Below, piece after piece: positions 50,193-62,423 of a stretch of DNA of 64,000 bases. Location of the stretch: the NCBI RefSeq assembly GCF_964204645.1, contig NC_134032.1, positions 1,240,001-1,304,000 on the forward strand, given 5' to 3'. The DNA is from Tubulanus polymorphus. Lineage: Eukaryota > Animalia > Nemertea. The first letter of the stretch is position 1; each line of letters opens with the position of its first letter. A program made the translations under genes and the position numbers. The notes under the pieces are model-generated. The model saw nothing but the letters and a program-made list of their open reading frames with translations, was not told where the DNA came from and made no database searches.

Positions 50193-51727
50193 CCCAGTAA
50201 TTGCTGATACTGATTCAGAGTGGTCCTGGTGCTGAATAGAGAATGTACAGGGGTGTCCCAGGTTCAAACCCAGTAATTACTGATACTGATTCAGAGTGGT
50301 CCTGGTGCTGAATAGAGAATGTACAGGGGTGTCCCAGGTTCAAACCCAGTAATTACTGATACTGATTCAGAGTGGTCCTGATGCTGAATGGAGGATGTAC
50401 AGGGGTGTCCCGGGTTCGAACCCAGTAATTACTGATGCTGATTCAGAGTGGTTCTGATGCTGAATATATAGAGGTTGTACAGGGGTGTCCTGAATCAGTT
50501 ATCAGTAATTACTTTTGTTAAGATATCAACATTTTACCGTACGGTGCTGTCTCTACGCTCATCGTTAGCGGGATTTTTATACACTAACGTTAGTCAACTC
50601 TGGCAAGCTAAGGTCACGGAGTATAACTGGACAGCACGTCAATTGCCAGAGTTGACTTTAGTTAGTGTATAAAAATCCCGCTAACGATGAGCACAGCGGC
50701 AGCACTGTACGGTCTAGACACCCCTGTACATCCTTTATTCAACATCAGGACAACTCTGAATCAGTATCAGTAATTACTGGGTTTGAACCCAGGACACCCC
50801 TGTACATCCTCTATTCAGCATCAGGACCACTCTAAATAAGTGCCAGAAACTACTTTTGTTAAGATATCAACATTTTACCGTACGGTGCTGCCGCTATGCT
50901 CATTGTTAGCGGGATTTGCATACACTAACGTAATTCTACTCTGGCAAGCAAGGGTTACGGAGTATTACTGGAGAGCACGTCGATTGCCAGAGTTGACTTA
51001 CGTTAGTGTATGCAAATCCCGCTAACGATGAGCATAGCGGCAGCACCGTACGGCCGGTACACGCCAATACATCCTCTATTCAGCATCAGGAACACTCAGA
51101 ATCAGTACCAATAGACCAGGATCGAACCTGGGCACCCCTGTACATCCTCTATTCAGCATCAGGACCACTCAGAATCAGTACCAATAGACAGGGATCGAAC
51201 CCGGGACGACCCTGTACATTCTCTATCCAGCATCAGGACCACTCAGAATCAGTACCAATAGACCGGGATCGAACCCGGGACGACCCTGTACATTCTCTAT
51301 CCAGCATCAGGACCACTCAGAATCAGTACCAATAGACCGGGATCGAACCCGGGACGACCCTGTACATCCTCTATCCAGCATCAGGACCACTCAGAATCAG
51401 TACCAATAGACCGGGATCGATCCCGGGAGGCCCCTGTACATCCTCTATTCAGCATCAGGACCACTTTGAATAAGTGGCAGTAATTACTGGGTTTGAACCC
51501 TGGACACCCCTGGACATCCTCTATTCAGCATCAGAACCACTCTGAATCAGCAGCAGTAATTACTGGGTTTGAACCCGGGACACCCCCGTACATCCTCTAT
51601 TCAGCATCAGAACCACTCTGAATCAGCAGCAGTAATTACTGGATTCGAACCCGGGACACCCCTGTGCATCCTCTATTCAGCATCAGGACCACTCTGAAAA
51701 AGTATCAGTAATTACTGGGTTCGAACC
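50193..51727. repeat. Inverted pair of ~76-bp tandem arrays (GGGTTCGAACCC-containing) enclosing a duplicated foldback MITE
   Basis: Units lie on + at 50193-50490 and on - at 50717-51727; palindromic ~175-bp elements at 50536-50713 and 50877-51053. Confidence 0.85.
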
Positions 51728-52425
51728 TTAGAGACGATCAGGAGGTCATCGGCTACATTTACCGAAAGCATGAAGAAAATAAAAACAATGATTTTTACAA
51801 GAGAAACACAAATCTCATGTAATTAATCATGTAATGTTAACACCAAAAGAAGGATATACTGGGTGCCACTTTTAAAGGCAAAGTTAACTATTCAGGACTC
51901 TGCTTCTGTATATAAAAATCAAACCGATCATCAGTGGAAATATCAAATTAGCGGGTGGTGAAATATATATGCCGTCACAAAATATTGCCGAAGGGCACTT
52001 AAATTTTAGACCGTACGAACAATGTATTGGGCAATACGGTCTGGATCCGCCCCTGATGGCTATAGTGACAATCAAAAAGATTGCTAATTTCGTAATTACT
52101 CTTCGGCAGCTCAACACTCGCTTCTAACAGGTCTACAAGTGTCAGTGTGAAGTTAAAGTTGTAAGCTGTATTGCCAATATTCGATTATCATGTTTTCCGG
52201 ACATTCTCGTCTCCGCACAATGTTGGTGTGAATATTGGTTTGAAAAAAGAGGTGGATTGCAAGATAACAAAAAACTAACAAAGTTCAGATAGAGTAGCTA
52301 AACAGATAAAGAATTTCAATCATATTTATTCTCATACAACAATTATACAAAATGCCAGGTTTGTGCTCGAGGAATTACAACGTAAGCTCCTCAAACACGT
52401 GGACTGTATTTCAAAAACAGTCCAA

Positions 52426-52532
52426 CCATGGATGTATAAACTATAAACTAGAGTTTATACATCCATGGTCCAACCATAGACTCTAAAACAGAAACGTCTA
52501 TGGCCTACAACCATGAACTCTCGAGTCCATGG
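52426..52532. mobile_element. Three chained tiny CCATRG..YATGG foldback elements
   Basis: 52426-52468, 52474-52503, 52511-52532; the first is flanked by TCCAA on both sides. Confidence 0.55.
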
Positions 52533-52999
52533 CTCCCCGCACTAAAACCAGAGATAAACCTGGCCAAATACTCTGGAAAGCGTAGGATTAAGTAATCAAT
52601 CTGATTTACATTTTTACATCATTTTATTTTCACATATCATATTATTAACTTTTAGCTCATTTTCTCAAATTTTAATAGTAATTTTATTTCTATTACTATG
52701 AATGAAATTGTAATAACTCTAAGTCGGTTGGTTTCTGTGCACTGTTTTCTCTCTTTGGCAGATTTTTGATGAGTTGTTGACCTCAAGCTCTCGTTTGACT
52801 TTTCGAGTTGGTGTCCCTTACAAACCTACCACACCTGGCGGGAGCGATACGGCGGTTTTTTTCAAAATCGGAAATCGAAGTACAGATATAGTTGCGTGAT
52901 CGGCGGTCGTTTTTACAGATCTTTTTTTTTAAGTCCAAGAACATAATTGGTAATTCGGTTCCGGTTCATTCAAACAATCTTTTATTCTGCCTAATTCTG

Positions 53000-53400
53000 A
53001 TTTTGGAAATAACTATATTGTTGAAGATAATTTTACAATATTTGGTCTTTTTTAATGTAACTAGTCCGAAAGTTTACAATGTTTAATAATTTTGTCTAAC
53101 TTCAATTTTTTTGGTCGTTTTCACCGTTTAAATAGTCGAAGCACATATTAAGTGACTGATTGGGGTTAACTTTTTTTCTGCCTAACTTAATACATTGAGA
53201 TTTTTGGAAATAACTATATTTTACAATATTTGGTCTTTTTTCATGTAAATAGTCCGAAAGTTTACAAGGTTGAATAATTTTATCTATTTTTTTTCTGCCT
53301 AATTTAATACATCGAGACTTTGGAAATAACTATATTTTACAATATTTGGTCTTTTTTTCATGTAACTAGTCCGAAAGTTTACAAGGTGGGAGAATTTTGT
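53000..53400. repeat. Degenerate ~100-190 bp triplication
   Basis: GGAAATAACTATATT...ACAATATTTGGTCTTTTTT..AGTCCGAAAGTTTACAA three times. Confidence 0.75.
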
Positions 53401-56400
53401 CTAACTTTGTCTAATTTTTTAAAGTTTATTGTAGTTTGTCTCGAGTATGTCTGAAATCGAAGTACATAATTGGGAAATTCGATTCCGGTTCATTCAAACT
53501 ATCTTCCAATCAGTCTGAAACGGCAAGCTGAAGAAAAGAGCAGAACCTTTTGAGCAGAAAATCCTTTGGAATATCACTGATCATAATTATCATGTCAATT
53601 CATATATAAGATCAGCAACGTGGATCGATACGTAGATTTTAATAGTAGTCTTAAATGATATTTATGAAATTCAACTCATATAGTAATTCATCTATATTCT
53701 AAATATCTAAGCAATGGTTGATTATTATAGTTTAACAACAATTCAACTAAAGCATCTATAGTCATCTCTAGGAATACCAGAGTTACAACAAATTTAGTAA
53801 TGCATAATCAATCTTATCAAATCGTTTTTGAACTGTTTTCTCTTCTATCTTCTTGAAATTCTTGATGTGTCTTTTATTGAAACCCAGGCCCATCATACAG
53901 TGCAAACCTGCTAGTAATATTGGCCTATATATATTTCGATTGTCAGCTAAACCATGTTCGTATTATCAAGTTTTCTTCATCGTCAGTCAATAAACTTAAG
54001 AGATGTTTTCTACCCACAGATGGCGACATCTGTACCCAGTGAATGGTATTCTAATCCATTTCATTAATTCTAAATATTGCTCCTAATATATGCAATGATT
54101 TTGTAATTATGATAATATAACTAACTGAAGAGTGAGTGCGCTGCCAGCATTGAGCACACTGATCCTATAAGTAACATGGTTCTACAGATTTAAGAAACCT
54201 CGAATCATTCCCACAACTCGACAAATCCAGAATTCTGCAAAGCCTTAAAGATTCAATAAATCCCACGCACAAGAGACAGAGTTAAAACATACCCAGTATT
54301 CTTTATATATCAACCAATATTGAATTATACTTATCAACCCCTATGGTTTAGATTTGAGGCACTTTTACCTTATATGAAGATGCTGAATTAGATACCTAAT
54401 CTATAAGTTAATTGATAATGCCCTAGCTATAATTGAAATTGTCTCGGACAATATTTTATATGGGGCTTGAAATTTCTACACGAGAAGAATTTCAGATCCG
54501 GTAAGAATTTGAATTAATCACTATTTGAACTGCTAATTTTGCATCAGAGCTTTTGATACCTAGCTTAACTAACCCAGAATCCCCCAAAACCTAACTGATT
54601 CAACAGATCCCACACACACATGTGGCCCAGTTAGACGCAGATGACATTGCACGATACAGTCGTCTCATCCACTGTGCAATTTTGAATAAGTTTCACTTAT
54701 ATTCATTACATTGAATTAATTTTAATTAAATTCTAGGTATCTAAGCGAACCATTAATTAGTAATCATACTAGCTATATTTTAATAGTCAGTTGAACAATA
54801 TTTATATGGAGCCTGAAAATCTACATGAGTAGAATTTCAGATGTGGTGAATTCGTCACTATTTGAATTCATCAGAAATTAAAGATAAAAAAGCATATTTT
54901 TAGTGGTAAATTAGAAATTCCCTTAGCCGAATGGCTATTATATAGTACACTGTGTATAAGGACCAAAAGACCTTGTTATGACCGGACCTCCCTGGTGCGG
55001 TGCGAGTCATGATGCTAGAAAATAGTTTGAAGGAGAGGGGTTAGTAAAAGAGAGCTATTAGCAAGAGGAATAAGACCTAAGTTTAGGATATCCTGTCAGA
55101 ATAAGGCTTTCAATCTGACATAGGCCTACACAGTGAAATTGAAATATTCCCCCTTCCAAATCCAGGAATGTATTTGTGCACAGATTCGATCGGAAGTAAA
55201 TCTGCGTTAAATGATTTTGGCAATATGTATCAAAACTAATACAGCTGTGTGAAGACACCATAGGTTCACTTAGATACAGATAAATAAATGTGCTCAGATA
55301 CACATGTATAACAATTGAATTAACCTTAATCGATCTAAGTAATACGTTAATGAGTAATTCATCTTAGATTCTAATTTTCAGTTAAACTATATCTATTATG
55401 CGTCACTTGACACACAGTATGGCTTTTAGATATTAATTGAATCAGTTAGGTTTGAGTAAATTTTGCCAATATTGAAAAGCATGGCTAGTCGTCGTAAGCG
55501 CGGCAGTTGGCGTTACAGAACTGATCAGTCAATGAGACTGATTCACTTATAGATGTGCTCAAATATATTATATATTTCAGCTATATTTCAATCAATATTT
55601 ATGATATAAAAAGTTTTTGATCTAACATCAAATATTGAATTCATCTTAATTGTGAATATCTAAGCCATTTTTCCTGGCTGTATGCTAATTGTCAGTCAAA
55701 CAACAATTATCATGCGTCGGCCAAAACAAGACGCAGTGTTTCAGGAATGAATTAAATCAATTAAAGCTTTGGTTCATTCTGGATTTATCAAAGTGTTGAG
55801 ACCAAATCACTGTTTCATAAAGACCTGTAGTCCATAGTTTTCCCCATATAACACCAGACCTCGATAGAGCCCTAGACACTATCTTATGAAATTCATTACT
55901 GTTATGTGTGAGGCAGCACACAGTATATATTGTAAAGTATGGCCTCAATCTTAATAAATTTATCAATTTATTATTTGTAAAGAAAAATCTATCAACCAAC
56001 GATAAAGTTTAATTGATATATCTTTTAGTAAAAATTGTCCTATCTAGATCTTGATTGTCAGTTAAACAATAGTCATATGAGGCCTGAAATATCTACGGTA
56101 CATTCGAATAATTTCAAATGTCACATAAGATATTGAATTTACCTTAATTGTACGTACTTACAAAATCTTTTAATCAATAACTGACCAATCTACATTTTGA
56201 TTATCAGACCAAAGAATATTTAAAGGACTTCACTCAATCATTTCGTCTAGTATTGTAAATATTCAAGCAATCATTGCCTAGCTATATTTCAATTTACTAC
56301 CGGCCACAGAGCCTCAATAAAGTAGTGCGGATATAGTGAGCTTGACCAGCGCCTATGCATTCTACCCCAGATATGAAAAATCAACTTAGCTTTATGTATG

Positions 56401-56769
56401 TATGTATTTCTGTTGCCATGCAGGATGAGCCATGCAAGACTGCCAGGTTCGGTTGCGACAGGTCTTTGCGACAGGTGTTTGGTGGTACTTCAAGGTGGAG
56501 TCTTTTGTGGGCACTTCTGGTGGGCAGATTTTAGATGGGCCTTTCCGGATTAACCTGAAATGAGTAAAAGAACGATATTCTGTAGTTACACAATCCTTTC
56601 CGTATCACGCATCGTAATTTACATGTGTATCAACTTAACTTTCAATATTGCTGAGTTCAGTGTTCTTTTTTGGCATCGTCTTCGTTGTAGTCGCCTTCAA
56701 CATCTTCTTCAACTTCTTGGGAGTCCTGAAATGAAAAAAAAGAGAAGAGCGATGAAAACCTGGTACGGA

Positions 56770-57540
56770 ACAAAACTAATGTTCGAAAGCTTTTCAGCTC
56801 TCCGTCGCTGGTCACATGCCGAGAACACCAGACAATGAGCCAGCCAGGAATATACTGCCCTCTACACGCCCTCACACAGAACGCGAAAACCAGAATGACA
56901 ACGCCTCACATTCCCCATCTAACTGCAGGATGTACTGGGCGACGTCAGTAACTGACACACCTGTAAAATTGCACGAAACACAAACAGCGCAGTACAACCA
57001 GCTTGACCGGGTTGAGATTCAGGATCTCAACTAGCACTCAAAAGCGTGACAAGAGACTTCATCCACTGACCGAGGTTGTCACAAGGACACAATGAAACTA
57101 GCACTCACAAGCCGACAAGAGACTTCATCCACTGACCGGGGTTGTCACAAGGACACAATGAAAACTAGCACTCAAACTAGAAATCAAAGAGCGTGACAGT
57201 AGAATCATCCCTCAGCCGACTCAGAATACCAGAAACAAAGAGCGTGACAGTAGAATCATCCCTCATCCGGGCGGTCACAAGGACACAATGAATGCTAGTA
57301 GCGTGACAATCCAGTATAACCGCTCCATTTGTATCCCGCGCAATCCCACAGATATGCCCGTCATTGACATCACTCGGCACACTTTGTAGATAGGTGGGGG
57401 CAGTGAGGCCTCATCATCCTGGTTTTCGTGTTCCGTATGAGGGCGTGTAGAGGGCAGAATTTCCTGACCGACTCTTTGTCTGACATCCTCGACACATGAC
57501 CGGCGAAGGAGAGCTGACGCTTTCGGACATTAGTTTTGTT
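56770..57540. mobile_element. Inverted pair of degenerate non-LTR retrotransposon 3'-end-like fragments
   Basis: 56770-56920 (+) matches 57395-57540 (-). Translation RKRQLSFAGHVSRM..(frameshift)ALYTPSYGTRKPG resembles the C-terminal tail of RTE/CR1-like RT ORFs. Confidence 0.5.
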
Positions 57541-59084
57541 CCAGCAAACGTTGAAATTCGACAGAGAAATCGGCCCTGAAAAACAAAACGGGTTAATTGC
57601 TGAAAAATAGAACGGATTAATGAACACATAACAGTACAGGACAGCACAGAGACGAACAGTAACACATAAAACATAAAGACGTCGTTCCTCAGGAAGCAGG
57701 AACAGGAGCAGGAGCGGGAGCGCAGCGAAAATCGCCAGGAGGAGAATCCACGGTAGCATGTTCACGGTGTGAGTGTGCAGAGGTGAATGGTCTATGCTTG
57801 TGTACACCGTGGTCAGCCGGTGACGTATTCAATAGCGCGTGTCAGAATGATATCAACAACTCTGAAAACCCGCAATTGTGTCTCTATTGTTGAATGGATT
57901 TACATTATGAGGTTCCACCGCCGGGTTGAATACGCGCCAGTAGTCAGCTGAACAATATAGTGGAGGAACTTTAATAAGGCCATGAAATAAATTACTTGAT
58001 TCCCAACAGCTACTTCCGAATTTATAAGCATCCACCTGTTTTTTTTTCTTAAATTCTAGAATAATTATAAATTATACCGACCGATAGCACTTCCAGTTAA
58101 AGATTCACACCAACACAGGTCTTCCTATCATAGAAACCGCGCAAACATTTACTAATGAAATTAGTTTATTAGTCACGGACAGTTCATGCACCCCGAGATA
58201 ACTACCTCACATGCACGAGGAAAGCGGTCTATTTGAGTCATTGGGGGAACCCACTAATACCATGTTTCACGATTATTCATCATTCATACTGTTATCACAG
58301 AATCCCGTCAATAGACAGATTTTCATTAAAAAAAACTCCTCGATTCTATTGAGGGGAGATATATGAGGCATTTTTAATTAATTGGAGCCAGAAAATGAAC
58401 GATCATGAAATACGGCTTGAAGGTGAACTTTTTGGGGCGCGAAAAAATTGGACAAAACGAACGTAAAGTCAAAGACACATGCTAAACATTTAATATGATA
58501 GAAAACCATTCAATAAACATGTGAAGGGGCAACGGGTTGTTAATTTTCGGGTTTTAGGATCGCTAGCCCTGTTACGTTAGAGATGTACTTTATATTATAC
58601 TGAATGACGGCCGCGCAATTTAAAATGACTTGATATATCATGGCTGCTGACTAGCTTTATCTCCCGATAGCTGCCATCATAAAGCAATTCTGTTGTTAGT
58701 AGGAATAAAAAGCGATAAAGATTTTGATAGATCCCCGAAAAGTTGATTTATTAGGATCGCAGCTATATCGGCATGAAATTATGGGCCCAAAATCCAACTT
58801 ATTTAATGCCAAGACGGAACAGGCCTGTCCTCCAGAAATCTTGGGCAGCAGCAATACAAAAGACCAATGAGAAAATGGAGAAGGATTCTTTTTCAGTTTC
58901 CGGATCAGTTTAGTTAATCTAGTGAGCTAGAAGTTACTTTAATTACTGAATCTCCAACTGGAGAGGCAGTTCAATGGATTATTTGATCACTAGGAGGTGC
59001 TGCCACCTGATGTGAATGAATGTAACTATATCAGCTGCAATAATGGTGGATTTCTGCGATGAAAAAGCGTCTCACAAATGAACG

Positions 59085-61462
59085 ATGCTGACCGTGATTA
59101 CAGCGGTCTGTGCGTGCGTATGGGTACTGTTATCAGCGGTGGATTCGAGCCTCGGACAGCTGGTGGTGAATGTAAAGAATAAAGGAGGTGAAGTGATGCG
59201 TCAGGAGATACAAGCGAACACCAGTCACGATTCGATCAGTTTGAAATTCCAGAAAGCCGACGGAACCATCATTACTCAATTCATAGACTTTAAAAATGTA
59301 AGAATTCTCTTTCATCCAGGGGCGGATTTAGGAGGTTGTCTGGAGGGTCTGGACTCCGGGACTCCTGCCTTCAAGAAGTTAACCTTTTCTTTGTCAGGAC
59401 AGAGAGAGGCTGAGGAGAGATCGTTAAAACCTCTTAAAATTTGACCCTCAAGCTCGGTCCTTCTCAACACAACCTCTCATTTTCGGATTTATTTCTTCAA
59501 AAATATCTTAAAGATAAACCGATGCTGGAACTGTAATAGAGGCCGTCGACTTGGCAGCTCAAGAAATTCCTTCTCGACCATCCGCCCCGGTCACAGGTCA
59601 GGGGGGTATCTGAGGGTTCTGGAATACTGTCAAGCTTTGTCTGGGACCCTTGATGATGCCCCTAAATGTATAGATTTGACGCAGTAAGCGCCCCCTCCAA
59701 CATAATAGTGAGTGCCCTTATACAATTTGGAATCCCCTCAAGATATAGTTAGTTACCTAATCGTTGGTGGTAAGCTTTTTATAAACGGATGGGCTTATAC
59801 CAACCAATATCCGATCGTGAAACTAAACCACAGACAGGTTACTGACTACTCAAGATAGGGCCCTGGGTCTAGATTCACGAAAAAGTTTAAGCCTAAAACG
59901 GTTTGAATTGTTGTCGCTCATTGAAAACATGAAGTAACCAATGGCAATTAATTGAAATTTGAGTTTAACTTTTTTTGTGAAACTGGACCCTGGATCCGGC
60001 CCTTGGTCATCCCCGCTCTCCTCGTCACCGTCACAATCTCTCAGTTTTAACCGATGTTTGTTTGTTCGATTTGTAGGATATCCAGATATTTAAGTCGTTA
60101 GTTCTCGGCGAAGAGGAACGTGGCCAGAATCAGTATCAGATAATGTGTTTCGTAACGAAACTGATGAAAAATGAGTTTATTTCATCGGACGCGATGTCGA
60201 AATTACGACAGGTATAAATAATAATCGATGAAAGAGATCATTCATTTATTATTACCCGCGCATAAAATTTGAATTTTTCAACCCCCCCTCCCCCTCTGTA
60301 CGCAAAATCGGCCATTTTTTCATATACATTAAGCATCACAGTACGCAATCGCACTAACCCCTCCCCCTCCCCTAATGCGTACGTAATATATGAATGACCC
60401 CTAATAGCAATTCTAATTGTCATTAACGGGGAACCTCGAATGCGAGGATGTGGCAAGCGAGGATCCACCAGGTGTCGCTAGTAGTAACTTGGTCTTAGGC
60501 GTTCGATTTCTTCGATAAGAACTGAATGAATTTTTCTCCTAAATGAATCAATTATTTATTCGATCGATATCTAGAGAAATTTATTCACTAGAAATGTATC
60601 TTTTATGAGTCTATAGAAATTCAGTTCGAAGTTCATCGAAAATGAACTAATTTTGACAACGAAAAGTGCTCGTCACGCCACCTGGTGGGATAACTCGGTA
60701 TTTCCCAATCGGTGTAGCTATAATGTTGCGATGTTTGTGTATTTTATAATAGAAGAACCCGGACGCTATCAGAACCCCGGAGAACGATAAAGGCCACGAA
60801 ACTCACGGAATGGATTTACAAATACAGCATTCGTCGTCGCACAACGTGTCGCCGGCGATTAGTGAACTGTGTCACGACGCCAGTGACGCCACCTATACTC
60901 GAGATACCGATTTACGATTTCTATCATTGAGATGTAAGCATTTATTTATTATTGCCATTAACCCTTTCAGTGCGTCTACAACGCAGTGCGGTGTATGAAT
61001 CGGTGATGGATTTTGCTAGTACATTGCACTGCAGTGTATTGATTTAATTAGTAATTAACTCTCTTGAAAGATGGCAGAATCTGTCAAACATAGTGAAATA
61101 CTAGTAACTAACTATACACTGCGCCGCGGTGTAGACGCACTATAGTGGTATTCCTGTTATTCAACACTCTAGGGTGGAATTTTTCAAAAGTTTCAAATTA
61201 TCTCCAGCACTATAGGGTATTGATTAGTCAGCACTGAAAGGGTTAAGCTCTAAAATCAAAAAGCTATCCAATCTCTACCTGAGGAGCTTAATTATACCGG
61301 ACTCTCTTTGGGGACCTGGGGCCAGTTGCACAGTCGTGACTTAAGTCCAAAAGTGGTCTTAAAACTTAAGATTGGTCTTAAATTGTTAGATTGTCTATAG
61401 AACTAAGTTGGTCTTAGACGGGTCTTAAGTCTAAGCCATGAGTATGCAACCGGCCCCTGCTC

Positions 61463-61503
<41 letters not shown>

Positions 61504-62265
61504 GTTATTATTATTATTATTATTATATGCATCACCTCAATAACTTGTGAATGTCTAAAGGGCTGAATATCTTGAGAAGCGGTTGCATTTTACCAACCCC
61601 TAAAACCTCTGGGACCGGTTGCCTAGTCATGGCTTACACTTAAGAGCAGTCTTAAGACCAACTTAGTCCTATAGCTAATCTAACAACTTAAGACCAGTCT
61701 TAAGGTTTAAGACCACTTTTGGTCTTAAAAGTCTTGACTATGGAACCGACCCCTGGGGCCGGTTGCCTAGTCATGGCTTACACTTAAGATCAGTCTTAAG
61801 ACCAACTTAGTTCTATATCCAATCTAACAACTTAAGACCAGTCTTAAGATTTAAGACCACTTTTGGACTTAAGTCACGACTGTGCAACTGGCCCCAGGGC
61901 TCAGTCAGGCTCATCCAGTGATCATATGTATATTTCTGTAATTAACGAAACTGTCCGCTGATACGTGTGTGTATGTTTCTGTCTCTATTTCAGCGTCCGA
62001 TAAACCGTATTCGACGTTGGTTTCGAACGCGCGTCGACTGATACCTCACAAACAACGCCGCTGCAAAGACACGACCGATTTGCAGCATCACTGCACGTGT
62101 CGTTACGAGATCTGTATCGGCTGGTATCCATGCGGATTGAAATACTGTCGCGGCAAAGACAACGGCAAACCGACGAACTACCGCTGCGGGATTAAAACCT
62201 GTCGCAAGTGTCGAATATTCGACTACGTCGCCAAACAGAAATCGTCGTGTTTGTGGGATGAGTAA
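59085..62265 (+). CDS. OAF: Out at first (OAF) protein homologue, secreted, 4 exons, ~266 aa
   Basis: Exons 59085-59297, 60077-60211, 60753-60933, 61994-62265. Signal-peptide-like N-terminus; DGTIITQFIDFK, LGEEERGQNQYQIMCFV, ISSDAMSKLRQKNP, CIGWYPCGLKYC..YRCGIKTCRKC..QKSSCLWDE*. Confidence 0.93.
59866..59989. mobile_element. H2 Harbinger-type MITE (CTG TSD)
   Basis: Homologous to 17662-17790; CTG on both flanks. Confidence 0.78.
60962..61242. mobile_element. piggyBac-type MITE, copy 7
   Basis: TTAA TSD and TIR. Confidence 0.88.
61319..61894. mobile_element. Three H1 Harbinger-type MITEs (61319-61456, 61612-61752, 61756-61894)
   Basis: GGGCC..GGCCC ends with CTG/CAG flanks; the last two are head-to-tail and share one CTG; an (ATT)n run lies at 61463-61527. 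Confidence 0.8.
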
Positions 62266-62423
62266 CCAGGTGGCGCTACTATACCGCGCGCGTCCCCGAC
62301 GAACTACCGCTGCGGGATTAAAACCTGTCGCAAGTGTCGAATATTCGACTACGTCGCCAAACAGAAATCGTCGTGTTTGTGGGATGAGTAACCAGGTGGC
62401 GCTACTATACCGCGCGCGTCCCC
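62170..62423 (+). repeat. Exact 126-bp tandem duplication spanning OAF C-terminal codons, stop and proximal 3'UTR
   Basis: CCGACGAACTACCGCTGCGGG.. at 62170 and 62296. Confidence 0.93.

Noticed and set aside
50193-51727. tRNA genes
   Set aside because: Only a T-arm/B-box-like motif; no cloverleaf could be built by eye.
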